Part shown: positions 44,601 through 57,489 of the stretch, piece after piece
Layout of the letters: each line of letters begins with the position of its first letter
Position numbering within the stretch: the stretch's first letter is position 1
NCBI GenBank assembly: GCA_043720715.1
Contig: JAYSSF010000090.1
Span: 2,020 to 66,019 of the forward strand
Length of the DNA: 64,000 nt
Reading direction: 5' to 3'
From: a bacterium
GTDB lineage: Bacteria > Patescibacteriota > Gracilibacteria > Absconditabacterales > Absconditicoccaceae
Notes under the pieces: model-generated
What the model was told of the DNA's origin: nothing
What the model saw: only the letters and a program-made list of their open reading frames with translations
Databases searched by the model: none
Translations under genes and position numbers: made by a program

Positions 44601-47600
44601 AAGACCAACTGGAAGGGTAGTGGTGATGCTACTCCTACCACGATTTGTGATTGGTTTGGTATTACTTGTGGTAGTAGTCGTATAGCATCTATCAGTATGG
44701 CATCCAATAATATCATTGGTACTCTACCTACGAGTATTACTAATCTGACAGGTATGAACACTCTGTGGTTAAGATTCAATCAACTTACCGGATCAGTACC
44801 AAATCTTAGTACTATGACATGATTAACAAGCATTTATCTTGATGGTAATAATCTGAATTGAGCTTTACCAGGACTACCAACGACTGCTATTAATATTTAT
44901 TTAAATTCTAATAAATTTAGTGGTACTATCCCAGTATCATATTGTACACTTATAGCACCCGATCAGTTGTATTTTGATAATAACTTACTAACTGGATCAA
45001 TACCGTGATGTTTTGCGAATCTTAATGTGAGAGACTTTGGTGCAGCTATAAATACTCTCTCATGACCACTGCCATCATTTGGTGCTTGAAGATTAGCCAA
45101 TCTCTTCCTTAATGATAATCAGTTTTCATGACCGATTCCATCGAGTTTAGGCTCTGCTACTGGGTTAGTGAGGATATTATTGCATTCCAATAATTTACAA
45201 GGTTTTATTCCGTCTTCACTTGCAAATCTAACTGCATTGACAGTTAGTAATTCTAACATCTCCAATAACTGTCTGTCCCCAGCGACAAGTTATATGACTG
45301 CGTGACTATCAAACTGGCTATCTACAAAATGAGTAGTATATGCTTCGCAGAAAGTATGTAACGGTACACTAGGCTCAAGAGTATGGATCGATAGTGATAA
45401 CGACTGACTATATGATAATGGTGAGACTGGTACAGGATGAGTGACCGTCACTCTCAAGGCTTGTACTGACCAAACTCCAGTCAACACATGAGGCAAGCTC
45501 CTCAATCATCAGCTCGCTGCATACTATACATTTGACGCAAGTAGTGCGCTGGATGATACCCTCAATGGTAACGATGGAGTCAACAATGGGGCAACATTCG
45601 TCGCTGGTAAGGTAGGTAATGCTGCAAGCTTCAATGGTGCTGACAATAAGATTACCATAGGTAAGTTACCTATTACAAGAGATTTTACCATATCATCTTG
45701 GATTAGAACTATAGACTCATCAATAGATTATATCGCTGGTAATTATGGAATATCAAGCTGTAATGGTGGATTGGAGATGTATGTATGGAATAATAGGGTC
45801 TCAGTATACATCAGTGGATACACCAATGGTAGTACTGTATTGAGTAACAATACCTGGCATCATGTAGTATCTACACGCTCAGGTAATACGGTATCAGTCT
45901 ACATCAATGGAGTATTGGATGTTGCATGAGTCAATGCGACAGAAATAAGCACAACATGTGACTGGGGAATTGGTAATGGTCCAAACTATACATCAGAGGC
46001 ATTTGGTGGGCAAATTGATGATACTCGTATTTATAGTCGTGCACTCTCTGCTACAGAGATCTCACAACTGTATAATATTGACTCAGCGACTCTTGCGACC
46101 AATGTGCCGATTAGCTATACTGGTACTACAGTCACAAGTACGAGTACTGCGAGCAACGGTACATATTCGTTTGCCAATCAGCCAGCAGGTAGATACTATC
46201 TCGAGTACTCTAATCTACCAAACGGATACAAATTTACTAGTCAAAACCGATGATGATATCACAATAGTGCCAACTCTGACGTCAATCCATGGTCTGCGAA
46301 GTCATCATGTTTTGAGCTCTACAATGGTCTGTATGAGACTGATATCGATGCTGGTATAAGGTATCTACCATATGCGAGTTGTGATAATATCTCAGCAAAC
46401 TTCACACCAGTATTGGTCTGACAGCCAGTCACCGTAGCTGTAGCATGATATGGTCAGAATGGTCAGTTTACCATCTCTCATACGGGTAACGGCAACCCTG
46501 GTCTAAATAGAGTATATGCCTCAGGCACTATCACCAACCAGTGAACCAATCGAGCAGCCAAGAGCTGGTCCACAGTGTTTACCCCATGATCGCCGATCAC
46601 GTATACACTGACATGAGGTGTCGATGGGATGAGTGATAAGCTCGAATACTACGAAACCGTGACCAGTAGTCAGGCATATAGAGTAGTAGCGACTGATCAG
46701 CGATGTGCAGTCTCCCAAGCAAATCTATGACCACAAACCACCATACTCACTACAATCAATCAGATTGCGACTATCCCAGCACCAGTCTCTTACTGTACTG
46801 GAGGACAAAGTGGTCTACCATTTGCCGCAGTGACCAACCAACCACCCAAGATGCTGGTCAAGCTGCCATCATGTGCATCGACTCTGTCAGCAACAGTAGA
46901 TACCAACACATTGTGTGATTATGTGACAGATATGACCGCAGCAGAGTGTAAAGAATTATCAAAGCTGTATGATGCTACCGAATGACGGGTACAATGTGCC
47001 AACCAATGATCCAACTGTAACTTTGCAGGGACAAGACAGGTACGTTATGGTAATGGATGAGTATATAACTATCTCACTGGCACCACGCTACTATCATGTA
47101 ACGATGCTACCTTTGGTGATCCTATCGTGTGAGGTTCAAAACAGTGTCGATATAGGATGGACGCTGGGACGTGGACTAACTCAAGCAACTGGAAATTTGT
47201 ATGAGATACGACGCCTCGTACAGCGTGCGACTGGTATGGTATATCTTGTGCTGGTGGACGTGTCACTCAGATCAACCTCAATACCAACAACCTCCAAAAA
47301 TCTCTCACATGAATGATATGGAGTAATCTATCCGCTCTGACTAACCTCGAGTTGTATAGCAACTCCCTCGTTGGCAATCTACCTGATATGTCAGGAGTTT
47401 CAGCGTTACAAGTATTGAGATTATGATTCAACCAATTTACCGGTACATTACCTACTCAGTGGAGCGCGATCCCATCACTTATCACAGTCTCACTCGCTAA
47501 TGCATGAGTACTGACGGGCACAATCCCAGCATCATGGTCGTGATTGACAAACCTCGAACATCTCCATCTCAGTAATGCTCTCACTGGATCCAGGTCATTC

Positions 47601-50600
47601 CCGACTACAATCTCCTCATGGACTAAGCTCAAAGAGCTCTATCTGGACAACAATGGTATGACAGGAGCGATCCCATCATCACTGTTTGCTCTCACATGAC
47701 TACAGTCTCTCCAGCTACAGAGCAACAACCTCCATGGTGATCTCTCAGCTCAGAACTGGTCAGCTTTGACCAATCTATACACCTCAGCGTTTGGTGGTAC
47801 CAAGTCAGCACTGGAAAACAACTGTCTGTACACAGGTAGAGTAGCCGGCACTACTGGTACATTCCTGGATGCAAGATTCAACTTTACTTCATGACCTGCC
47901 ACCAACTGGAGAAATCAAAAATTATGTAATACCGACCTCCAGATGACATCATTTGCTACGATTGGTAATCTGATGACTGGAGTGACGATGAGTTTTGTGT
48001 TAGATTATACGAACCTTGGTCCAATCCCATCATACAACCCGATCGTCACCATCCAGCTTGCAAGTGGACTCAATCTGACAGTATCAGGTAACTATACCGC
48101 TGGTCGTACGACTGGTGTACGTGTCGCAGATCTTGCACCTGGTCAGACTGGTCAATATACCTTTACAATCAATAAGACACAGTTAGGCTCATGATTTTGG
48201 CCATGATTGATCAATGTATTTAGAATTGATGATCCTACGAGATCTGACACCACTGGAGGTAACAACTTGATCACCAATAGTACGGATGCTCGTGGTAGTA
48301 GCTATCCGGTATGTATACGTCCAGATATCTCAGTACTCACGTATGAATGTGAAGCGCTATGAGACTTATATGCGTTTACCAATGGATCTGGCTGGACGAC
48401 CAAGACCAACTGGATGACTTCACCAGATGTAGAATCATGGCATGGTATCTCACTGGTTACACTCACATGAGTCAACTATGTACAGAAGATATGTATGGCG
48501 ACTGCTACAGATAGTACGTCGTGTCAGGATAATCGAAATGCTGGTACAGTAGGTAATAACCTCAGTTGATCTCTTCAGTCTACACTCAGTGATCTCTTCT
48601 GGCTCAAAGAACTTCGCGCTCCGAACAATAATATCAATGGTCTTATCCCATCATCATTTGCAAATCTTGATAGGATGACTCATACCGTGCTTCACGGTAA
48701 TAAAATCACAGGTATGTGAACATGATTTGGTGGTATGGCAGAGCTACTTTGGTTACAACTCGGTAATAACCCTTTGACCATCATTGATTGATGAGTTGCC
48801 AATGCTCCCAAGATCTCTACTCTAGCATTTGAAGAAACAAATATCACATCCCTACCAGATCTTACAAGCGCCTGTGATACTCTAACAGCACTATCGATGT
48901 TTAGTCTAAATTCTCTCAATACTACTATACCATCATGGTTCTCATGATGTACTAAGCTCAATGTTCTTAATGCTTGGTTTGCATGATTGACAGGCACAAT
49001 CACGACTCAATTTAGTATGTCGAGTCTGCAAAGTCTACTTATTTACGGCAATAATCTCAATGGAACTTTACCCACATCACTATCTACTGGATTAACACAG
49101 CTGAGACTTGATGGCAATAAATTTACGTGAATTCTCCCTACTGCTTGGTCATCATTGGTAAATCTTCAAACCCTCAACCTCAGTAGCAACACTGGTCTCG
49201 TATGAACCCTTCCAAGCTCATGGTCTGGTCTGAGATTACTACAAACCCTCAACCTCTCGGATGCATGACTGACAGGACAGATTCCAGCTTGATGGTTCCC
49301 AGTGATGACAGGGATGCGTGATTTTGTGATCCCCAATGGATCGCTCAATGGACCAGTACCAGCTACATGATTCCAGTTATGGCCACTGCTCAGAACATGA
49401 CCGATCACGAGTGCTATCACCAACAACTGTATGTATACTGGTTTGGTCAATGGTGCAGTAGCTACCTGGATGAATACCTATATCGGCTGGGCTACTCAGC
49501 GTACCTGTACTACTGATAATCAGCTATCACTGGTGTCCAAGTCCGCAGTAGACTACAATCCTGGCAAGACGATCACTTATACCATCAACTATGCCAACAA
49601 CTGACCTCGCTGGTCGTATGAGCCTAGGATCAGTATTGATCTATTTACAGGACTTGTCTTGTCTTGAACTGTGAGTAGAACATGAACCATCACACTCCCA
49701 ATACTCACACCAGGTCAGACTGGTCAAGTACTCATTACTGCCAACAAACGTGGTACGGGTAGTGGAGTGGTAACATATACTAATATTTTCTCTATTGCAG
49801 ATACAACTACAGTTGATTCAATTCCTGCCAACAATACTATTGTAGATAGTGGAGCGATGAGATTGTTCAAATACAATGAATGTATCGATGTGACGGATGT
49901 GCCACAACCAGAGTGTGAAGCGGTTATGGATTTCTACATATCTACCAACTGAGCATCTTGGATAACTAAGACTAATTGGGCATGATTATGAGATGCTACA
50001 CCAAACACGTTGTGTGATTGGTATGGGCTCAAATGTAGCTGAGGTCGTGTGACCAATTTATGTTTAGCAGGATCTACAGCTGGTACTCAGTGTCAAGATG
50101 CTTGGTCGTCTCCGTGAGGAAATAATCTCAGCGGTAGCTTACTCTCTACGATTGGTGATTTGACAGAGCTTACAGGCCTATTCTTGTGAGATAATAATCT
50201 CAACGGATCTATCCCATCGCAGGTAAATAATCTCACAAAGTTACTCACATTATCTTTATGAGATAATAAATTTACATGACCGGTCCCCACGATGACCGGC
50301 TTACAACAGATGATATGGCTTCATTTGGGTATGAATCAACTTGCGGGTACATTACCTACATGGCTTGCTCAGATGTCACAGCTATCATGAGTCACGTTGT
50401 TTAGTAACTTATTTACATGACCCCTACCAACATCATGGACTGGAGCCAACAAGTTACAATATTTATCATTGGGCAATAACCCTCTCAATAATGGGGTACT
50501 CCCTTCAGAATGGTCGTCTCGATCATCTCTCAAAGAAGTATACATTCAATGATCTCGGCTTACCTGATCACTACCAACATCATGGGGTAGTCTGACTGGA

Positions 50601-53600
50601 TTAGTGAAAATTAATCTTTCGACCAACTATATCAATGGGTCACTACCAACATCATGGACTGGTATGAGATCTCTTCAAACACTTAATCTTGGGGGGAATA
50701 CATTATTTGGTTTGTTGCCAGTATCATATAGTAGTATGACTGGCCTGACAGAACTCATATTGTATGGTAATCCTCTGGTTGGAGCAACATTACCTACAAC
50801 TTGGTCAGCCCTCATCAATCTTCAAATTCTTGATCTATCATCATCACAACTCAGCGGTACACTACCAGCCTCATGGTCATGATTGACCAAGCTAGTTACT
50901 CTCAATCTATCTAGCAACAATTTTAGCGATGAGATACCAACCTCATGGCTTAGTGGTATGAAGATGCTTCAGTCATTAGGAATCAGTGATAACAGTTTAG
51001 TATGAGCGATTAATACACCATTATTACAATCCCTAACTGGATTAGTAGGTAACAGTTCAACAATAATGAATAACTGTCTGTATACTGGTACGGTAATCTG
51101 ATGATATTTGGGTTGGATGGATACATACTTTACGACTTTATGGAGGACACAACGTAAGTGTAACGCAGACCTACAGCTCACTGGCATGAGCGTAGTAGGC
51201 AATATGATGAGTGGAGCATTTATGACATATACGTTTACATATAATAATCTTGGGCCAAGTCGAGCATATCTACCTAAGGTCAATGTGACACTGTATACAT
51301 GATTTATCTTCGTCAATGGAGGAGGTTCTACTACCGGTATCAATCTATGATATCTCAGACCAAATACTTCATGATCACTGACGATACCGATTGCTAAGAT
51401 TGCAGTGGGTTCATGAGTGGTGCCATTTACCAATACGTTCGTGATAGATGATACTACGAGTAATGATGTAGCTACTAGCAATAATACAATCATCCATACT
51501 GGTACGCTTAGATTGTTCAAATACCCAATTTGTGGTTCAATCACCGATATTAGTCAGGCAGAGTGTGAAGCATTGTGAGATTTCTATACATCGACCAACT
51601 GATCTGGTTGGACCAATAAGACTAACTGGATGTGATTCGGTGATGCGACTACTGCTACCGCATGTGACTGGTTTGGTGTATCATGTACTACACTGACATG
51701 ATGGATCTCTCCTATGACAGTAGATAAGCTATGTATGTCACATACCAATACTGGTGCAATGTGTAATCATGCTCCTCGGTATACGTGAGGAGCCATAGGT
51801 AATAATTTAAGCGGTAGTCTTAGTCCTTCTATTTCAGATTTGGTATGACTTACTATATTATCTCTCAATATTAATTCTAAGTTAGTTTGAACTCTTCCAT
51901 CAAATATCAATAATCTTAGTAAGTTAAAAGAGATTGGTATGCAGTATGGTCCAAAGATTACAGGCATAATTCCTAGTTCAATAACTCAAATTACATGATT
52001 ACAACTTATCTGATTTATTGACAATCAGCTTACATGATCTATACCTGCAAATTTATTTACTCTACCTCAATTGTGAGTAGTGTGGCTTTGATTTAATCAA
52101 CTAAATGGCATAATCCCTCAGACATGATGATCTTCAATTGGTGATTTATATCTCCCAGGTAATGCTAATCTTGGATGACCATTACCAAGTTGGATCGCCA
52201 CTACTCCTACATTGAATTGGTTAAGACTTAATAATACCCTAATTTCAGGTTCTCTTCCATCATCATGGTCTAGCCTAACCAATCTGTATCATATGGACTT
52301 GAGTAATATGATTAACCTCACAGGTTCGCTTCCATCATCTTGGAGTACTATGACAAATTTGTGAGAGTTAATATTAGATAATAATAATCTTACATGATCA
52401 CTTCCATCATCTTGGAGTACTATGACAAATCTTACAAGACTAAGTCTCAGTAGTACCACAAATCTCACAGGTACTCTCCCATCATCTTGGTCTAATCTCA
52501 GAAAACTTATAACCCTGAGACTCAATAATAACACTCTCAATGGTGAAATACCATCATCTTGGTCATCATTGACATGACTGACAGCGTTTACTATTGCGAA
52601 CAATAATATTGATGGACCAATACCTACGTGGCTCAATACTTCATATCCATCACTAGGGATCAACAGTTCAACAATATCAAACAACTGTATGTATACAGGT
52701 TTTGTAAGTGGATCTTTATTGACCTATATGAATAGTAGATTCGGCTCCAACTGGCAGACTCAGAAGATTTGTTCAACTGACTTGGTACTAGGTACGATTA
52801 CTGCATCATGATCTCTTAATACCTGAAATGTATTGGCATATACGATCAACTATACTAACGGCTGAACTCGTTGGCTGTATAATCCAAGAATAGCTATTCA
52901 ACTATCCCAAGGATTGGCGGTGAGTACTACGACAGGCGTATATATCGGTACACTATGAGCTTTAGCTCCATGACAATGAACATCTACATCAGTATCTGTA
53001 AACAAGAACTACTTTACTGGTCTATGATTGAGTCAGTTTGCTAATATATTCACGCTCTCTGATCCTAGTATCTCTGATACAAATAGTGGCAATAATGCCT
53101 TCACTCATACAGGTATCGTAAGAGGTAGCCCATATCCTATTTGTTTAAATAGTAGTCTGACCGTGTCTCAAGATGATTGTGAAGCACTGATGGATCTGTA
53201 TATTACAGCTCAAGGTACTGCTTGGGTCAACAAAGCCAATCGATGAATCAGTCCAAATGTGGATACATGGTTTGGAATTTCTGTTGCTAACGGGCGCGTC
53301 TCGAAACTAAATCTGAGTAATATAACAGATGAAAACTTACCTTGTAGTATCGTGACAGGTAGTAATAATCTGGTAGGTAATCTACCACTATCAATCATCG
53401 CACTGACCAATATGAAAGACCTATGTCTGGGCAATAATCAGCTTACTGGCAACCTACAAGTATGACTTCTATCGTTGACATGATTACAGACGCTATCTCT
53501 CCATCATAATAATACCAGATTCCCATGAGTAATATCTGGTATGACATCATTGGTGACATTGGATATGTGATACAATAATCTGACTTGATCGCTATCTACT

Positions 53601-56600
53601 ACGATATGAGTGTTGCCTTCACTCAAATATCTCTACCTTGATGGCAACCAGATTGGAGGATGAATATCACAGCTTAGCTCTTATGCAGCCTTGCAATGAG
53701 TCAGACTTAATAATAATCTATTTACAGGCTCAATATCAACGACGATATCGTGACTCAACTTCCTGACAGAACTCATACTTACTAATAACTTCCTGGATCG
53801 TGATCATAATAATGACGCGCTTGTTCCATCATCAATCGTAAGTTGGTATAATAGTATCACACTGAGGTCTCGTGGTAATCAATGAGATATTGCTGCTCCG
53901 ATATTAGCATGATCAATATCTGTTCCTGCATCTATCTCATCATGATCGATACCAATTACTTTTACCATCAACGAAAATAGTCATGTATCTTGATCTTATA
54001 CCGCATGAATCTATAGCTGACAAAATGTATGATGATTATATGCAATTTTGACTGGTGCATGATATTGCTCTACTATTTCCAGTGACATAGTCCGTTCTCA
54101 TACAGGTGTTATTGTAATTTCTATTTATCCTGAGACAGACGCTACTTATACATCATGTCAGATTGCAGTACGCGATAGAGCAAACAACCTTTCTAATTAT
54201 CTAACAATACCTACATTCACTTATACACAGCCACCATATAGACTTCATATAAGATTCTCTGGGTCATGAGTAGTATTATCTAATAATACACTCCAGTCCA
54301 TCAATGATCTATCGTCGTTTGCCAATGTTATCACTATGGTATGATGAAATCCATCATATATTCCATTAGTATTTAATGATAATCCTGCAGTTCAGTTTAA
54401 TAATAGTCAATCGCTAATGATGCCTGGGATCTTCCGTAGGCAAATATTTAATGATACTAACATTTTAATGGTTGTAAAACCATGATCAAGTAGTTCAAGT
54501 TTACTATTTGAGCAAGCACAGTGAGGAACCCCAGTAGTACTGAGTACTAATTCATGGAATGTATGATCAGATGCTGTATCATTTAGTTTACCAACGACAG
54601 CGTATTCACTAATCAATGCATCTCACGTCAATGGTTGACAACATCAAGTAAGAGTGAATGGAGTACTAGCAAATACAGTATCAGCAAGTCAGCCATTGCA
54701 GGTAACCGGTATCTCAATCACTACAATTGGTTCATGACTATGATTATGAATGTTATGAGAAGTAATCGTCTACACCAGTAGCCTGAGTGGAGTAGCGTTG
54801 AATTATTTAGAGTCATATTTAGCTGTCAAGTATGGTATTACGCTACCTTCAAATTATACTGCAGTCACAAGTGGTACATGATCAATGAGCACAATATGGA
54901 CAGCGAATCCAACATATCAACATCAGGTAATCTGACTTGGTCGTAATTTAAGCTCTCCATTGCCTATCAATCAGAGATTATCATCATCTTCTTCATGAGC
55001 AGATATTACATTACATGCTCGTGGTAGTTGGTCTGATGGGCAGTATACTATGGTTGGTGCTACAAGCGGTGATGTTAAAAATTGGACAAGAGAAGTCTCA
55101 TTACTTACTTGATATAAATTACTGCCTCGTACATGGTATGTGCAGAAGACTGGTACTCCACAATTTGATATTAGTGTTACTGATACTTCGATTGCAGATT
55201 TCAACTTTACTCCTACGATCTTCATATCTAATAGTCCTTCATCTACTACGATTGTATCATCATGAGAACTTGTACTGAGTGGTACAAAATGGATTACCTC
55301 ATGAATAACCATTACTAATGGTCAATATTTTACCTTTGGTATTGGACAGAGTAGTATGTGAGGTAGAGTGTGGCTTGACTTGAATCGTGATGGTATTCAA
55401 TCTCCATCAGAGCCAAGCGTTGCTGGAGTCAAAGTCAAAATACGAAGATGTCCTGTTCGTCAAGACTGATGAGTTGGCCCATGGTATCTATCGCAGTGAG
55501 CAGTCAGTCCTCAACCTATGCTTAAAGAGCAAATCACAACCACAGGGGCTACAAACTATATGTTTACACAACTTAATGCATGAGAATATTATATGACATA
55601 TGATCGATCTCAGGCAATCGTCAATTCGCTCGATGGTAATCAATGATTGACTGGTACTCAAGATGCAACTAGTAATCCATGATCATATAATGGTGGAAAC
55701 CTATGGTCAGACTATGAAGCATATTCACCTTGGAATAACAATAAATCTTCACTATGGTATGGATTTATGACTAGTTTGTCTGGTATTGATAGTAAGACAA
55801 TTGACAGTGACCTCCTATCCACAACATATCAATGATATACATCTAAGTTACCTCAATCAAGCCAATGTTACTCTATTAGAGCATGATCGACACAATCATC
55901 AATCTGAGCATGATTAATGCTTGTTAATAGTACAGATCTTAGCCTCACTCACTCTCTGAATCTTGTTTCTATAGACAATGTTTCATGATCTCAATTTAAC
56001 CTTACAGTTAACGCCATTAATAACGGTGCAATTACGTCTCATTATACACAAATAGTGATACAGCTACCCGCTGGTGTGCGTGCTATAGGGGTCACCAATA
56101 GTAGTGGTAGTATGTCGTATGTAGTGTCCTGATTGCAGCTCAAGATCTATAATGGAGCACTTAATCCAAATACCACATCAACATATACCATTAACTTGAT
56201 CTATGATTGATCAGAAGACGATGGAGATGTATTAACATTTGGTTCTACGCTTATGTCTACGACAGTCGATACAAATCCTTCTAATAACACCCCAGTAAAC
56301 CAAACACTTACTTTGTTGAGAAAATGAGCTAGTATTGGTAATAAAATATGGATTGATGCTAATCTAAATGGTATTCAAGATTCTAATGAATTAAATAGTT
56401 CTTTGGCAGCTGGATTAATAGTTGAATTACGTCATGCCATTACAGATGCAATAGTAAAACCATCGAAGCAAAGTTCATTGGGTGGAGAATACTTATTTAG
56501 TTCTGTGTGAACTGGCGCCTATTATATTTTCGTTACTAATTTGCCAAGGTGATTTATATTTACTGATATTGGAGTGCCATGATCTACTACTGTAAACGAC

Positions 56601-57428
56601 AGTAATATCAACCCAGCAACAAATAAGTCAGACACTATCACTATCACTGACTCTACTGATAATCTATCGATTGATATTGGTCTTAAATCAATTAGCCCCC
56701 TGAGTCAGTGTTCTATAGTGTGGGCTCATAAGATGAGATTATGAGTATCATACACATCATTTATCGATACCTATACTGCTTGATCAATATTATGACATCG
56801 TCTCTTGAGTGTAGATAGAATATGGACTGAGGTAGCGGATCATAATCAAAGTGCCGCTCTACCAACACTACAGCTATATAATAATGGCCGATGATATCCT
56901 CGATGATATATTGCTCCGTCGTCAACACAAACAACAGCCATTGCAGGGAATCCAGCTTATATTGCTATCAAAGCACCATTAACTCGTGCTGCTACTGGTC
57001 AGATGATTGTATCATACAACTATCTATGATGTTATACTTCAGCAGCTCTTCCTCAGTATTGTCAGCAGGCATTTAGATATAATAGCTGTCATACATACGA
57101 GATTACAGCTTGTGGAGATGGTATTGTTGATTCATATACTAATACATGATATATCTGATCTAATTGGTGATCTGAAGAGTGTGATAATGGTGCAGGCAAT
57201 GATGGCATCACGGTAATCAATAATGTTAAGTGTAAGGTTGACTGTATGATTAATCGCGACAATATCGCTGATCTTGCAGTTACAAAGAGAGATATTATTC
57301 GTAATATGTGTGAGCTTAACTCTGGTAGTGATGGTATATGATGATGATCATGATCGCTTGCTGGATCAGGCAATAGGGCAACTCTAGTGACTTGATCTAC
57401 TACAAGTTATATGAGTATTGTAAATTAA
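41625..57428 (+). CDS. giant secreted multidomain surface protein C, 5,267 aa
   Basis: ATG 41625, upstream of the TTG used by track ORF 41676 and in the same frame; TAA 57426-57428. Frame-0 track ORFs 43056, 44364, 47943, 49767, 50604, 51108, 53028 and 53259 all fall inside it, and the gaps contain only TGA. Signal peptide [37 protein letters not shown]. Seven Cys-caps start near 42237, 44540, 46935 (split), 48345, 49900, 51555 and 53170. LamG signatures lie near 42900 and 46020. DUF11-like cores lie near 41930, 48020, 49600, 51255, 52865 and 56020. C-terminal region: LamG-like, SdrD-B-like and a CGDG..EECDNG Cys-rich repeat. Confidence 0.85.
45360..46975 (+). repeat. gene C copy of the segment shared with gene B (36985-38640)
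   Basis: See the feature at 36985. ..tggatcgatagtgataacga..ggtgagactggtacaggatgagt.. and the SdrD-B-like part are near-identical between B and C. Confidence 0.7.
52329..52430 (+). repeat. adjacent near-identical 72-nt LRR units in gene C
   Basis: cttccatcatcttggagtactatgacaaat occurs at 52329-52358 and again, identical, at 52401-52430. Confidence 0.85.
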
Positions 57429-57489
57429 GACTTGTACTTATTTGATACTTCATTATTACATAGCATAGTATTATTTCAATTCTATAGCC

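Noticed and set aside
46969-47316. Track ORF in frame 1, free of every stop codon, as the true reading through this part of gene C (implying two frameshifts).
   Set aside because: Frame 0 restores the cap consensus on both sides (..[12 protein letters not shown].. and ..[26 protein letters not shown]). The frame-1 product has no family features.
50969-51544. A 191-aa minus-strand track ORF with no stop of any kind, antisense to gene C. Similar antisense ORFs exist at 58072..58725, 60609..60929, 62772..63077, 13397..13660 and 14247..14432.
   Set aside because: They lie opposite well-supported genes (gene C, valS, the YceI-like gene, the H1-like gene, pilT and the K+ channel). Their products are low-complexity with no motifs. 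Long antisense ORFs are expected opposite repetitive or codon-biased genes.
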